The notes: a model not told the origin generated them from the sequence alone. A DNA stretch of 32,146 nt from a virus (IMGVR_UViG_3300020045_004870:1-32146), one strand, 5' to 3'. Counted from the stretch's first letter, positions 8,925 to 19,270 are shown. Translations and numbers: made by a program.

Positions 8925-10273
8925 TTATCCCCGAGGGCATCCAGACGTATCGACGGGCGGATCTTCCGGAGGTCCGCCTGCTCAATACCTATGCTGAGAG
9001 CGCCCCCACCGTGCCAGGGAAGGTGGTCCTTCTGCCACGCCCCGGCATGGTATCGCGCGCTACCCTGAACGGGTCGGCAATCAATGGCCTGTTTTACCGT
9101 CCCGGCGCGCTATCAGGTGCACTGGTGGCGCTGGCTGGCACTGAGCTGTTCAGCAACGGAACCTCGGCTGGTTCTGTGCCTGCGACTGGCTATGTCCAGA
9201 TGGCGGCGGCCGATACCTCGCTTCTGATCGCCATAACGACGGCCATGTACCGATTTGACGGCGCTGCGGTTGCTGCGGTCGCATTCCCCGATGGCGCTGG
9301 CGTAACTGCCGTCGCGTTTCTTGGCGGCTACGCAATCGCAGCCCGCGCGGGATCGCGCCGTTTGTATTTCACGCTCGATACAGCCACGTGGGATGGGCTC
9401 GACTACCTGTCCGCTGAGCAATCGACGGATCCGATTGTTGGGTTCGCTATCGTGATCGACCAGCTTTGGGTGCTGTGCGCGAGCCATACCGAGATTTTCT
9501 TTCTGTCCGGCGATGCTGATGCACCTCTCCAGCGCGTGCAAGGGCGTGTGTTCGACAAGGGCGCCCTTGCACGCGATTCCATCGTCAATATGGACAACAC
9601 CGTTTTCTGGGTGGGCAACGATCGCATCGTTTACCGGGGCGATGCTTCCCCTCTGCGCGTGTCTGACCATGGGATAGAGGAGCGCATCGCGGCATCGGAT
9701 CCGGCCAAGATCATTGCATGGTCGTATTCGTGGCGCGGGCATCTGTTCTATATTCTCAACCTTGAGAATGAAACGGTGGCTTACGATGCGGCGACCAAGC
9801 AGTGGCACGAGGTGGGGAGCTACGGATTCCCGCGCTGGCGTGGGCGGATCGGCGTCACCGTAGGAACGGACGTGGTCGCTGGGGACGATGTGACAGGCGC
9901 ACTATGGACGCTGACAGAGGATCAATTTCTTGACGACGGGCAGCCGATCCAGCGCGAATTTACGGTGCTGATCGATGAGCGGGCGTTTATTGACAGCCTT
10001 ATGCTGGATTGCTCGACGGGCGTAACGCCTCTGAACGCTACGGTTGAGAGCGTGATCGAAATGCGGACATCACGGGATCAAGGCGAGACGTGGACCGCGT
10101 GGCGTCAATCCGGTCTTGGTAGGGAAGGCCAGCGCCGCAAGCGTGTCGGCTTTAAGCGGCTCGGGTTGGTGGATCAGGAGGATATGGTTGTGCATTTCCG
10201 CCTGACGGATCCAGTCTCGTCGCGCTTGTCGAACGTCAAAGTGAATGAACCCCTAGGTGGGCGTTCGCGCTGA
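8921..10273 (+). CDS. tail nozzle / packaged-DNA stabilization protein (P22 gp10-like)
   Basis: GTGA overlap; SAEQSTDPIVG, DNTVFWVG, RVSDHGIE, GHLFYIL, YDAATKQWHE, SRDQGETW motifs. Confidence 0.85.
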   Translation: MIIPEGIQTYRRADLPEVRLLNTYAESAPTVPGKVVLLPRPGMVSRATLNGSAINGLFYRPGALSGALVALAGTELFSNGTSAGSVPATGYVQMAAADTSLLIAITTAMYRFDGAAVAAVAFPDGAGVTAVAFLGGYAIAARAGSRRLYFTLDTATWDGLDYLSAEQSTDPIVGFAIVIDQLWVLCASHTEIFFLSGDADAPLQRVQGRVFDKGALARDSIVNMDNTVFWVGNDRIVYRGDASPLRVSDHGIEERIAASDPAKIIAWSYSWRGHLFYILNLENETVAYDAATKQWHEVGSYGFPRWRGRIGVTVGTDVVAGDDVTGALWTLTEDQFLDDGQPIQREFTVLIDERAFIDSLMLDCSTGVTPLNATVESVIEMRTSRDQGETWTAWRQSGLGREGQRRKRVGFKRLGLVDQEDMVVHFRLTDPVSSRLSNVKVNEPLGGRSR

Positions 10274-10878
10274 TGCTGAAACTCCCGAAGCTCCCGTCCA
10301 ACCTGCCGATCGTTGACCAGAGCGGATATCCTGGCTCCGTATTCCAGCAATATTGGCAGCAATTCGCCAATGCCATCCAGTCGGCGATTGATGGCTTAGC
10401 CGAAGCTTTGGCTATCGCTCAGGATGCAATCGCGGCGGCGACAGCGGCTTCGGCCGATGCCTTGGCGGCTGCTAATGCTGCGGATGCGGCGCAGGCGAGC
10501 GCAGATGGTGCTATCTCGGCTGCTACGGCGATATCACGTCAAACGGCGCTGATGAGCAGCTACATAAATCCAAACGTGACGCTATCGGCCACCCCGACCA
10601 CGATCACCATTGCCGCCCACACTCGCTTTTACACCGATGGCACTAACGTTTCCGTCGGCTCTGGTTCTGTTTCCACGACAGGGGGAGCGGGTGCGACAGA
10701 CTATGTGTCGTACATTGACCCAGCTAGAACGGGCGGTTCTGTCACCTACACCGTGAGTACGGCGGTTCCGACGCAAGCTGGCGATGTGCATGTCGTGGGA
10801 GCAGTGAAGGTCCCGGCAACAGGGACAGCCACAGGGGGCAACGGCCCGCAACGCCCCGGATATGTCGTAGCGCCTTAG
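10273..10878 (+). CDS. putative tail needle/fibre (P22 gp26-like position)
   Basis: TGATG overlap; PIVDQSG..FQQYW N-terminus, Ala-rich coiled coil, C-terminal beta knob. Confidence 0.6.
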   Translation: MLKLPKLPSNLPIVDQSGYPGSVFQQYWQQFANAIQSAIDGLAEALAIAQDAIAAATAASADALAAANAADAAQASADGAISAATAISRQTALMSSYINPNVTLSATPTTITIAAHTRFYTDGTNVSVGSGSVSTTGGAGATDYVSYIDPARTGGSVTYTVSTAVPTQAGDVHVVGAVKVPATGTATGGNGPQRPGYVVAP

Positions 10879-10881
10879 CGC

Positions 10882-10910
10882 TTGCAACCGGGATTCCCTT
10901 GGCGTAAGGA
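10882..10910 (+). promoter_or_regulatory. candidate internal promoter
   Basis: TTGCAA-N17-TAAGGA in an intergenic gap; similar to the tRNA promoter TTGCAC-N17-TATAGG. Confidence 0.35.
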
Positions 10911-10958
10911 AGAGATAGATCAGTCCCGCAGTGGGAATTACACGCGGATTGGTCACCT

Positions 10959-11489
10959 TTGCGTCATTTCCTACGCCTCGCGGATTCCATAGATGTCCTG
11001 CCAGTTCTGGCGGCTCTTTCGGCTCGTCCCGATCTGTGGAACGCAAACGACCTTCGGACCACGTTCCCCGGCAGCCCGCATGCTGATGTCGATGACATCT
11101 GGTGCATGTTCGATGACACCTCTGGCGATGTCGTAAACTCGATCCAGACGCATCCCTATGCGGGCTGGCTTGAACTTCCGGTAAAGGATCTCGTCCTTAA
11201 CCTGATGCGCCGCGTTGGCGGGACGCAACTCGGCCGCGTCATCGTGACGCGTCTTGCTCCCGGTAAATCGATCCCCGAGCATACTGACCAAGGGGCTCCG
11301 GCAGAGTTTTACCAGCGCTACCATATTATCTTGCAGTCCGGTCCGGGCTGCCTCGTGTACAGCGGAGGGGAGGTGATCCAGGCATCTGCGGGTGAGGCGT
11401 GGTGGTTTGATAACCGCGCGCCACACTCGGTTGTGAACAACTCCGCCGACGACCGTATCGTAATCGTCGTGGACGCGAGAGTATGCTGA
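10959..11489 (+). CDS. aspartyl/asparaginyl beta-hydroxylase family 2OG-Fe(II) oxygenase
   Basis: LAPGKSIPEHTD (HxD), RYHIIL, GEAWWFDNRAPHSVVN (distal His), DRIVIVVD. Confidence 0.85.
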   Translation: MRHFLRLADSIDVLPVLAALSARPDLWNANDLRTTFPGSPHADVDDIWCMFDDTSGDVVNSIQTHPYAGWLELPVKDLVLNLMRRVGGTQLGRVIVTRLAPGKSIPEHTDQGAPAEFYQRYHIILQSGPGCLVYSGGEVIQASAGEAWWFDNRAPHSVVNNSADDRIVIVVDARVC

Positions 11490-11941
11490 CCGCCGCCCCC
11501 GAACAGTGGCCAGCCTTCATTGAGGAGGCGAAGCCCTTACTGCCGCTCCACTACGCCGAACTGGCGCTGAACCAGGACAAGGTGCCGCTCTCCCCGCAGT
11601 ACCATGTCTATGCTGAGCGTGACGCGCTCGGGCAGGTGATGGTTATTGCGATGCGCGATGCCGGCAAGTTGATCGGCTATTTTATCGGTTTCGTCGCCCC
11701 CGGCCTGCACTATTCGACGTGCCTGACGCTTCATCTGGACATATTTTGGCTTCACCCAGACCATCGCGGAAAGAGCGGTGGAATGATGTTGTTTGCTGCC
11801 GTTGAGGCAGAGGCAAAGCGTCGTGGCGTCCAGCGCATGTTTGTCGGCTCCAAGTGCCACATGGACGCTTCGTGGATGTTCGAGCGCCTGGGCTACACGC
11901 GGGTAGAGACGACCTATTCCTGCTGGCTGGGGGGCGAATAA
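11483..11941 (+). CDS. GNAT family acetyltransferase
   Basis: GKLIGYFIG, FWLHPDHRGKSGGMMLF (motif A), MFERLGY. Confidence 0.85.
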   Translation: MLTAAPEQWPAFIEEAKPLLPLHYAELALNQDKVPLSPQYHVYAERDALGQVMVIAMRDAGKLIGYFIGFVAPGLHYSTCLTLHLDIFWLHPDHRGKSGGMMLFAAVEAEAKRRGVQRMFVGSKCHMDASWMFERLGYTRVETTYSCWLGGE

Positions 11942-12618
11942 TGGTAGCAGTAGCTATCGGCGGCGCGGCTCTCGTTGGCGGCGCTGCGTCCATCGCCAGT
12001 TCGAATAAAGCATCCAGCACTGCTGCAGATACAGCCGCCGCCAATAATGCGCTCCAGTCTCAGATCTACAACGAGAATAAGGAGACGCTTGCGCCGTTCG
12101 TAGCGCAGGGGGCGCCGGCTACCAATTCAATCAACGCTCTTCTTGGGCTTGGCGGGGACTCTGCTGCGACTGCCGCTGCTTACCAGACCTACAAGGACAG
12201 CACTGGCTATCAAGCGAGCCTCAAGCAGGGTCAGAATAGTGTGACCGCCGCGCTAGGGTCCAAGGGATTGCTGGATAGCGGGGCCGCACAGAAGGCGCTC
12301 CTGACCTACGGCCAGAACGCCGAGGATGCGAAGATGGGCACGTATCTGTCTGCACTCCAAGGCCAGCAGAATGTCGGCCTAACCGCTGCGTCCGCACAGG
12401 CTGGTGTTAGCACCGGCTACGCCAACAGCGTTTCGGCGAACAATACGGCTGCATCGAATACCGCCAGCAATGCCGCTCTATCGAATGCCAGCACGATCAA
12501 CTCGGCGCTCGGGAATTCCGTTTCCGCCTATGGCTATAGTCAAGGATTGGGGTCCAGTTATGGGTCCGGAACCAACGCCTATGGCATCAATAACGTCACT
12601 GGTGACGGGATCTATTGA
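11941..12618 (+). CDS. DNA ejection protein (P22 gp7-like)
   Basis: TAATG overlap; hydrophobic Gly/Ala N-terminus, STGYQASLKQG, GLLDSGAAQKAL. Confidence 0.75.
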   Translation: MVAVAIGGAALVGGAASIASSNKASSTAADTAAANNALQSQIYNENKETLAPFVAQGAPATNSINALLGLGGDSAATAAAYQTYKDSTGYQASLKQGQNSVTAALGSKGLLDSGAAQKALLTYGQNAEDAKMGTYLSALQGQQNVGLTAASAQAGVSTGYANSVSANNTAASNTASNAALSNASTINSALGNSVSAYGYSQGLGSSYGSGTNAYGINNVTGDGIY

Positions 12619-13577
12619 TGGCCGACTTCTCCCTCATCCAGCAGCCAAACTTCGCGCAGGCGGCACTCGGCGGCTATCAGGCTGGCCAGAAGGTCGGCAA
12701 GCAGCGTCAGCTTGACACTGCCATGGCGGGTATTGATCTGGAGCGCCCCGAGACGCTCCTGCCGATCCTGCGCGCTGATCCAACGACTGGCGCGGCTCTG
12801 ATCGGCGCGAGCACGAAACTTGCCGCTGAGAAGCGCGACCAAGCGTCGCGCGCGGCTACGGCAGCATACATTAAGAGCATTGCGCCAACCTCTGCAGGCG
12901 GGGTTCTGGGGGGCACTCCTTCGCCCTCTACGCCTTCGAGCGTTGCTGCTCCAACTGATCCGGCAGCGGGGGCCTCGGCGCCTACTGCTGATCAGTCTGG
13001 TGATATTGTCGTAACGGCTGCCCGCGCGCCGACTGCGGATCCGAATGCGCTTCGGAACGCTGCTATTGACGCAGACCCAAGCGCATTTCTCGACATGCAG
13101 TCGAAGCTCGGCGCTATGACCAAGACGCAGAGAGAGTCACTTAGCGATGCAAGCGAGGCTTTCGCCGCAGTTGGCCAGCGTGCGCTTGAGGTTCCTTACG
13201 CGCAGCGCCGTGGATACATCCAAGCGCAGGCGGGATACCTTACCGCGCACGGCATCAGCCCGCAACAGATCGCCGGTTTTGATCCGACTGACGACGCTCT
13301 GCATACCGAGGTTGGCAAGGCGCTTGGTGTCAAGGGGCAGCTAGACCAGCATAATAAAGATCTGGACCGGCAGATGGAGGAGGCGAAGTTCTCCGAATCC
13401 AAGCGGCATACCAGAGTAGAAGAAGGGCAGGGCGCGCAGCGGATCGGCCTAGAGGGCGCCTCAGTGGGACTTTCCCGCCAACGCTTTGAACTTGAGAAGA
13501 AGAAGGCTGGTAGCGCGGCTGGTGCTGTCTCAGGCATGTCCACTGATGACCTCCTTGCTATCGCCGCGGGTAAATAA
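12618..13577 (+). CDS. putative DNA ejection protein 2
   Basis: TGATG overlap; Ala/Gln-rich helical protein in the ejection-gene position. Confidence 0.6.
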   Translation: MADFSLIQQPNFAQAALGGYQAGQKVGKQRQLDTAMAGIDLERPETLLPILRADPTTGAALIGASTKLAAEKRDQASRAATAAYIKSIAPTSAGGVLGGTPSPSTPSSVAAPTDPAAGASAPTADQSGDIVVTAARAPTADPNALRNAAIDADPSAFLDMQSKLGAMTKTQRESLSDASEAFAAVGQRALEVPYAQRRGYIQAQAGYLTAHGISPQQIAGFDPTDDALHTEVGKALGVKGQLDQHNKDLDRQMEEAKFSESKRHTRVEEGQGAQRIGLEGASVGLSRQRFELEKKKAGSAAGAVSGMSTDDLLAIAAGK

Positions 13578-13579
13578 CC

Positions 13580-16153
13580 ATGCCGACGAAACCTAACGAC
13601 CAAAAACTGAACGCTCTCCTTGAGCTTGAGCGCCGCGATGCCCTGACACCTGAACTGCAAAAATCTCTTGAGGCTTATCGCGCCCAAGGGCTCGCCAAGC
13701 CTATCGCATCCGTCAAAACTACGGAAGACCAAGGCAAAGCCGCTAGCTACTACGAGCGGGCGCTGCGCTCTAACCACAACTTTACCATGACGGGTGAGAC
13801 GCCAGAAATCGGTGGGATGGGGTCGCGTGGTGTCCTCCAGCAGTTTGCCCATGAGGCTGCACCATCTGTAGAGAACCAGTTCGTCAGCGAGGGGCGGCAG
13901 AAGGCAGACCAAGCCACCAAGGAGTTTATCGCCGCTTCGCTACGCAGGGATTCCGGTGCTGCTATCGCCCCCAGCGAATTTGAAATGCAGTACCAGACCT
14001 ATTTTCCGCAGAACGGGGATAGCGACGCAGTACGCATGCAGAAGGCAGAAGCGCGTAAAGGCGTTATCGAGGGCCTAAAGATCGGCTCCGGGCCTCTTGC
14101 CGCGCAGGTAGATGGCTCAACGCCTGAAACTGGTATCCCACACCCAGCCGCATCTTCTGCGGTGGCTGCATCTCCTGTCGCTCCTATTGCCCCTCTCGCG
14201 CCTGACGGCCCGGCAAACCCGCCCCCCATAGGGCCGACTGGGGCCGCTCCGCTGGCATCTGTGCCACTCGCCCGCGACGATATGAAGGTGAGCGACGGTA
14301 CTGCTTCCGAGACGCGGGACCCTACACTGATCCCCGTTCGCCAGCATGTTGCGTCGATGGTATCGTCTGGCGCCTCGGCCAACGACATCCGCGCGTATCT
14401 GCAACAGAATGGCGTAAATCCTTCCACGGTCTCGGGTATCGATGAGCTAGTCGACTTCCGGAAGAAAAACCCGAAGTACGCTGGCGGCTACACCGTTGAC
14501 ATCGGTCGCAAGGACAGCGGGCCGAGCACGACAGCAGCTATCGCCGGATCCGCGCTCGGCGCTGGAGTTATCGGTGCCGCGAATACAGCAACGTTTGGCG
14601 CGCTTCCTAAGGTGGTCGCTGGAGTAGATGCGGTTACCGGTCGCCTCGGGGGTGATAATCGCAGCGTCGGCGATATCTATGACGCAGCGCTTTCAGGGGC
14701 CAACTACAAGACCGAGGCGTCAGCCCGTGCGCATCCTTTGTCCGCGCTTGCTGGGAGCACGGCAGGCTTCCTTGCCGGAGGTGCGGCGCTTGATGCTGCT
14801 GGGCAGGCTGTCGGCCGTGCGATTCCACAGGTCGCGGCATTGGGTGCAAAAATCCCGTTGGCGCTTCGCCCAGCTGCAAGCGATGCAGCGTTTGGTGCTG
14901 CTACGGGCGTTGGCTCTAGTGACAGTCTGGGAGACATCCCTGGCAATGTCGCGGAGAACGTTGCCGCAACCGTTCTAGGTGGCGCCCTAGGGCGCGGTGT
15001 CGCGTCCGGGGTTGGTAATCTCGTCTCTCCAACAGGGGGTAAACTCAAGCCTCTGTACGATAGCGGTGTTCGTCCGACGCTTGGACAGCGCTTCTCGGAT
15101 AGCGGCATGCTTGGCAAAATGGTCAACGGGACCGAGGAGGCGGCGCAGAGCATCCCTGTCCTCGGCTTCGCGATCAAGGGTGCGCGTAACCAAGCACGCG
15201 ACCAGTTCGAGCGCGGTGGTTTTAACGAAGCACTTGGAGATATCGGGCACGCACTCCCGCACGGCACAGAGCTGGGCGCGCCGTCGCATGCGTATGCGCA
15301 GAAGGCATTTAACGATGCCTACGACAATGCGCGCTCCAATATGCGAGCCGTGGCCGATAGCCAGTTTTCGAAAGAAGCGGCAGAACTTGATTCCACGATA
15401 GCCAATGGCGGCTTGACTAGCGACAGCGCCAACCGCTTCGAGAAGATCGTCAGCGATACCGTGGATCGACGCAGCAAGGGTGGCGTGCTGGATGGGGACG
15501 CCTATAAAAGCGCGGTCAGCGACCTTGCCAAGCGATCGCGCGCGTTGCGCAATAACCCGACCGGCGATCACGAATTGGCCGATGCGCTCGATAGCTACGC
15601 ATCCATCCTTGACGGTGCTGCAAGACGATCTAGCCACCCCGATGCGGTAGCCGCACTTGATGCTGCCGATCTTGGCTATGCAAAGCTCGTCAGGATCGAG
15701 AAGGCGTCCGAATCCACGGCTGGTGGTCGCGGCCGTTTCAATCCGACCACCTTGGCTGCCGCAGACCGCAAGGTAACCGGTGGCGTGCGCAGTCGTGCTT
15801 ATCTTCGTGGCGAAAGCCTGATGGGAGATTATGCAGAGGCGGGAGCGTCTCTTGTGGACAAACTCCCCAACTCGGGGACCACGGATAGACTGCTTTTCAG
15901 CCAAGCAGCCCTTGGCGCGCCTGCTGCGGGTGGCATCGCTGCGCTTGGTGGCGGTCCTGTAGCTCTGACCGGCGCCTTGTTAGGGACCGCGCCGTATCTC
16001 CCAGGTGTCCGAAAACTGACAACCGGCCTTATCGCGCCACGCTCGGGAAAAACCGCCAGAACACTCGGGGATCTCATCCGGAGCAACAGGCAGGTTGGAG
16101 GTGTTCTCGGCGCTGCTGGCGCTCCGATGCTTCTCCCGCACGACTCGAACTGA
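13580..16153 (+). CDS. putative large DNA ejection protein 3
   Basis: 857 aa Ala/Gly-rich; LRRDSGAAIAPSE motif, Gly-zipper segments, PNSGTTDR near the C-terminus. Confidence 0.7.
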   Translation: MPTKPNDQKLNALLELERRDALTPELQKSLEAYRAQGLAKPIASVKTTEDQGKAASYYERALRSNHNFTMTGETPEIGGMGSRGVLQQFAHEAAPSVENQFVSEGRQKADQATKEFIAASLRRDSGAAIAPSEFEMQYQTYFPQNGDSDAVRMQKAEARKGVIEGLKIGSGPLAAQVDGSTPETGIPHPAASSAVAASPVAPIAPLAPDGPANPPPIGPTGAAPLASVPLARDDMKVSDGTASETRDPTLIPVRQHVASMVSSGASANDIRAYLQQNGVNPSTVSGIDELVDFRKKNPKYAGGYTVDIGRKDSGPSTTAAIAGSALGAGVIGAANTATFGALPKVVAGVDAVTGRLGGDNRSVGDIYDAALSGANYKTEASARAHPLSALAGSTAGFLAGGAALDAAGQAVGRAIPQVAALGAKIPLALRPAASDAAFGAATGVGSSDSLGDIPGNVAENVAATVLGGALGRGVASGVGNLVSPTGGKLKPLYDSGVRPTLGQRFSDSGMLGKMVNGTEEAAQSIPVLGFAIKGARNQARDQFERGGFNEALGDIGHALPHGTELGAPSHAYAQKAFNDAYDNARSNMRAVADSQFSKEAAELDSTIANGGLTSDSANRFEKIVSDTVDRRSKGGVLDGDAYKSAVSDLAKRSRALRNNPTGDHELADALDSYASILDGAARRSSHPDAVAALDAADLGYAKLVRIEKASESTAGGRGRFNPTTLAAADRKVTGGVRSRAYLRGESLMGDYAEAGASLVDKLPNSGTTDRLLFSQAALGAPAAGGIAALGGGPVALTGALLGTAPYLPGVRKLTTGLIAPRSGKTARTLGDLIRSNRQVGGVLGAAGAPMLLPHDSN

Positions 16154-16243
16154 CGCCCAGATGCTAACGATCATCCCTTTCAGGGCCGCAGCTTCAAACA
16201 GCAAGGTATTGTCCATGCCCGCTTATATCACGGGATGCATCGC

Positions 16244-18016
16244 ATGAGCGAGGTTTTTTTCATCCCGTTCAATACCGTTTTCAACACGCGAAGCCTGCCG
16301 GCTGGCGCCGCGAAAGTGTATTTCTATTTGTCAGGAACGACCACGTTTCAGGCAGTCTACGCCGATGCCGCTCTGACCGTGCAGCTTGAAAATCCCGTTG
16401 TTGCGGATGCTTACGGAAGCATGCCGGTGATCTACATGCCTGACAACGAAGTATATCGTGTCAGGATCACCGACAAGAACGGTTCTCCGATCGGTGACGA
16501 TATTGACCCATATGTTCCGGGAACAGTCGCAGCGGGTCCTACTGGCCCAGTCGATAGCACCTACCTGTCGCTCGTATTACTCAAGGCGGCTCCTGCATCT
16601 AACCGTTCTTACAAACTTGTCACGGATGTTGGCGGGCTGGTCAATTACGCCTACGTAACGGGCGATTTTACCGGCAAGGATGACGAATCCAGCGTTGTAA
16701 AGCTGAATTCGGTGCCTTTGACGACTGGCGCTCTTGTTCGGCAAGGCGCTGCTTCGATCTCGGTCACTGGCGGCGGCACGGTGCAAGGCTTCCTTACCGC
16801 GCTCTCCGGAGCGACTGGTGCGCAGAAAGTCGGCCGAACAGCTACAGGTACGGGCGCTATACTGCGCACGCTCGATGATGTGATCGAGGATTTCGGCAAG
16901 AGCGTCAAGGATTACGGCGCAAAGGGCGATGGCGTAACGAACGACTATCAAGCGTTTCTCAACTGCTTGGCAGCATGCCTTACGACTGGTGCCAAGATGA
17001 TTATCCCGCCCGGTGTCTACTTGTGGGATCTCACGGCCTTCGGTGGCACAGCGGCATGGGACGTCACCCGCACGTCGAGCGGAGCGGCGCGGGCGATTCA
17101 GATCGAGGGCTCGGGCGTCGGACAGACAAGCATCAACATCACTAACGCGGTAGGTGTTGGTTGGCGGCTGTATTCAGCCGCGTCGGACGCCTTCGATATT
17201 TCGGTGACGAACCTGCGCGTGTTCGGTCAGGTCGCCGGCCCGCTTACGGTAATCGGACAGGATCTCCTATCGGATGCCGAAAACGTTGTGCATCTTGAAA
17301 ACTTCTCGTCTGAGAACAGCGCCAATTCCACCGTCAACGAAGCGCTGCGCCTCAATTACATCGCGGTTGGGCAGTTCACGAATGTTCGTGCAAACGCCTA
17401 TGCCGATTCCGGCACTGCACGAAATGGGACGGGCATCCGTATCCGAGCTGGCGGCATCCTGACGTTTGCCGGGGGCTCCTACGGCAACGCCAAGCGTTCG
17501 GTTTGGTTCACTGACGGATTTTCCTACAACACCACGTGGATTTCAAACACGTTTGAGAATAGCGAGACCGCGATTCAGCACGACACGGCTAGCGGCGGCG
17601 GGCATATCTTCCTTGGCCCGCAGATCACGGAATGCACGCTCTACGGCGTGTCTTGCACTGGCATTATCGGTAGCAAAACCATCCTGCTGGAATCTCCGAA
17701 CTTTGCAGCCAAATCTGGCACGTCGGCTGTCCTGGTCGATCCCTCTAATTATAACGGGATCGTGGTTCGGGACCGAGAGACCGTCACAACGCCATCAGTG
17801 CCGGGCAGTGGGGCGACCTACACCAACAACATGGGGCGCACGGTAGAGGTTAAAATCTGGGGCGGATCGGTTTCGGTCCTTAACGACAACGGATCGAACA
17901 TTGGTATCGTCGCGCCGGCCGGGACCTTGATAACGCACACGCTAAAGCCGGGGGAATATGTCGCGCTGACCTATTCCAGCACGCCGACATGGCGCTTTAA
18001 GAACGTGAGTTTTTAA
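16244..18016 (+). CDS. tailspike: virion-attachment N-domain plus pectate-lyase-like beta-helix
   Basis: KVYFYLSGTTT..VYAD..NPVVADAYG attachment motif; SVKDYGAKGDGVTNDYQAF and IPPGVY beta-helix cap; alternative start at 16235. Confidence 0.85.
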   Translation: MSEVFFIPFNTVFNTRSLPAGAAKVYFYLSGTTTFQAVYADAALTVQLENPVVADAYGSMPVIYMPDNEVYRVRITDKNGSPIGDDIDPYVPGTVAAGPTGPVDSTYLSLVLLKAAPASNRSYKLVTDVGGLVNYAYVTGDFTGKDDESSVVKLNSVPLTTGALVRQGAASISVTGGGTVQGFLTALSGATGAQKVGRTATGTGAILRTLDDVIEDFGKSVKDYGAKGDGVTNDYQAFLNCLAACLTTGAKMIIPPGVYLWDLTAFGGTAAWDVTRTSSGAARAIQIEGSGVGQTSINITNAVGVGWRLYSAASDAFDISVTNLRVFGQVAGPLTVIGQDLLSDAENVVHLENFSSENSANSTVNEALRLNYIAVGQFTNVRANAYADSGTARNGTGIRIRAGGILTFAGGSYGNAKRSVWFTDGFSYNTTWISNTFENSETAIQHDTASGGGHIFLGPQITECTLYGVSCTGIIGSKTILLESPNFAAKSGTSAVLVDPSNYNGIVVRDRETVTTPSVPGSGATYTNNMGRTVEVKIWGGSVSVLNDNGSNIGIVAPAGTLITHTLKPGEYVALTYSSTPTWRFKNVSF

Positions 18017-18363
18017 TGTTTGAGCCGCGTTACCTGACAGGCCCGGCTCTTATGGTGGTGGGATTCCTGCTGCTCTACGTTTCGTGGCAGATCTGGCGGG
18101 TTCATCCCGTCAACCGGGTCTTCATACTTGGCCCCTTGGTCACTGAGGCAGGCATGATCGCGCTTCTACATCAACGGCTCCTGTTCCTCGCATTCGGCCT
18201 GCTGATGACCGAGAGCGGGATATACCGTTGTGTCTACTGGTATGTGGACCCCCGAGTAAACGCGCCCTCCGTCATGTTTCTTGGGGCCATGGAAACTGTT
18301 TTTTCCCTCTGGTCTGCATATCTCGCGGTCAACGCTGGATTCAAACTGTGGCGCGCCCGGTGA
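18016..18363 (+). CDS. multi-pass membrane protein in lysis cassette
   Basis: TAATG overlap; 3-4 hydrophobic segments in 115 aa. Confidence 0.7.
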   Translation: MFEPRYLTGPALMVVGFLLLYVSWQIWRVHPVNRVFILGPLVTEAGMIALLHQRLLFLAFGLLMTESGIYRCVYWYVDPRVNAPSVMFLGAMETVFSLWSAYLAVNAGFKLWRAR

Positions 18364-18812
18364 GCGCTGGAAACCTGCTGGAGCATGTCCCGGCATGGTC
18401 TGGATATGTGGTCGCGTTTCTGACCGCTGTCACAGGCATCTATTTCAACAAGCGCAAGGGCGACATCGACGAAAGCACGATGGTGCTGGGTGCGTGGAAA
18501 AACCTCGTTGAGCAGCACCAGACGGATATCAAGTCTCTCAAGGAAGACTTCGCGGCATACAAGCGCGCCTCAACCGACGAATTCGCTGCCTACAAGGCTA
18601 CCGCCATCGCCGAGATAGCCGATCTGCGCCAGCGCTTGGCTAAAGCGGAAGGCCGTATTGGCGAGCTTGAGACGGAGAACACCGGGCTCAAGCGCGCCAT
18701 CGCGCAGAACAGCCAGTCAACCGCGTACCAGCTCGGACGTAACCGTTCTGACGATGAGATGGTCGACAAATTAGACCGCGCTGGACACAACCTCAAAGGG
18801 GCGACGGAATGA
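18360..18812 (+). CDS. single-TM coiled-coil protein (lysis-associated)
   Basis: GTGA overlap; TM WSGYVVAFLTAVTGIYF followed by NKRK and a coiled coil. Confidence 0.7.
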   Translation: MSAGNLLEHVPAWSGYVVAFLTAVTGIYFNKRKGDIDESTMVLGAWKNLVEQHQTDIKSLKEDFAAYKRASTDEFAAYKATAIAEIADLRQRLAKAEGRIGELETENTGLKRAIAQNSQSTAYQLGRNRSDDEMVDKLDRAGHNLKGATE

Positions 18813-19270
18813 CCGATCCAGCCAAGCTTATCCCGCTCGATTACCTTCCCATGCTCGCCAAGATCGAGAGCACCAACCGTCCTTACGTCAAGGCTGCAAC
18901 GTCGAGCGGGAGTGGGCTGTATCAGTTCCTGAAAGCCACGTGGATCGGCGAAGGTGGCAAATGGGGCGCCAACCCCGCACTGGCGTTCGGAGGGCTCAAG
19001 CCAACCACGGATGAGCAGACGGCACGCGCCCGCACCTTCACCGCCAAGCATGTGGGCATCCTAACCGCAAAGGGCGTGCCGATCACGAAGGGCACCTTGT
19101 ACGCCGCCCATTTCCTCGGCGTCGGCATGGCGGCGATGATCCTGCGTGCCAGCCCTGATGCCCGCGCAGACCTGATCGCAGGGCCGGCAGCGACGGCGGC
19201 GAACACCTCCATCCTCAAAGGGAAGACCGTCCGCCAGTTCATGGCATGGCTGAATGGAAAAACTGCATGA
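18809..19270 (+). CDS. endolysin, lysozyme-like/lytic transglycosylase fold
   Basis: IES catalytic Glu, SSGSGLYQFLKATW, LYAAHFLG. Confidence 0.8.
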   Translation: MTDPAKLIPLDYLPMLAKIESTNRPYVKAATSSGSGLYQFLKATWIGEGGKWGANPALAFGGLKPTTDEQTARARTFTAKHVGILTAKGVPITKGTLYAAHFLGVGMAAMILRASPDARADLIAGPAATAANTSILKGKTVRQFMAWLNGKTA

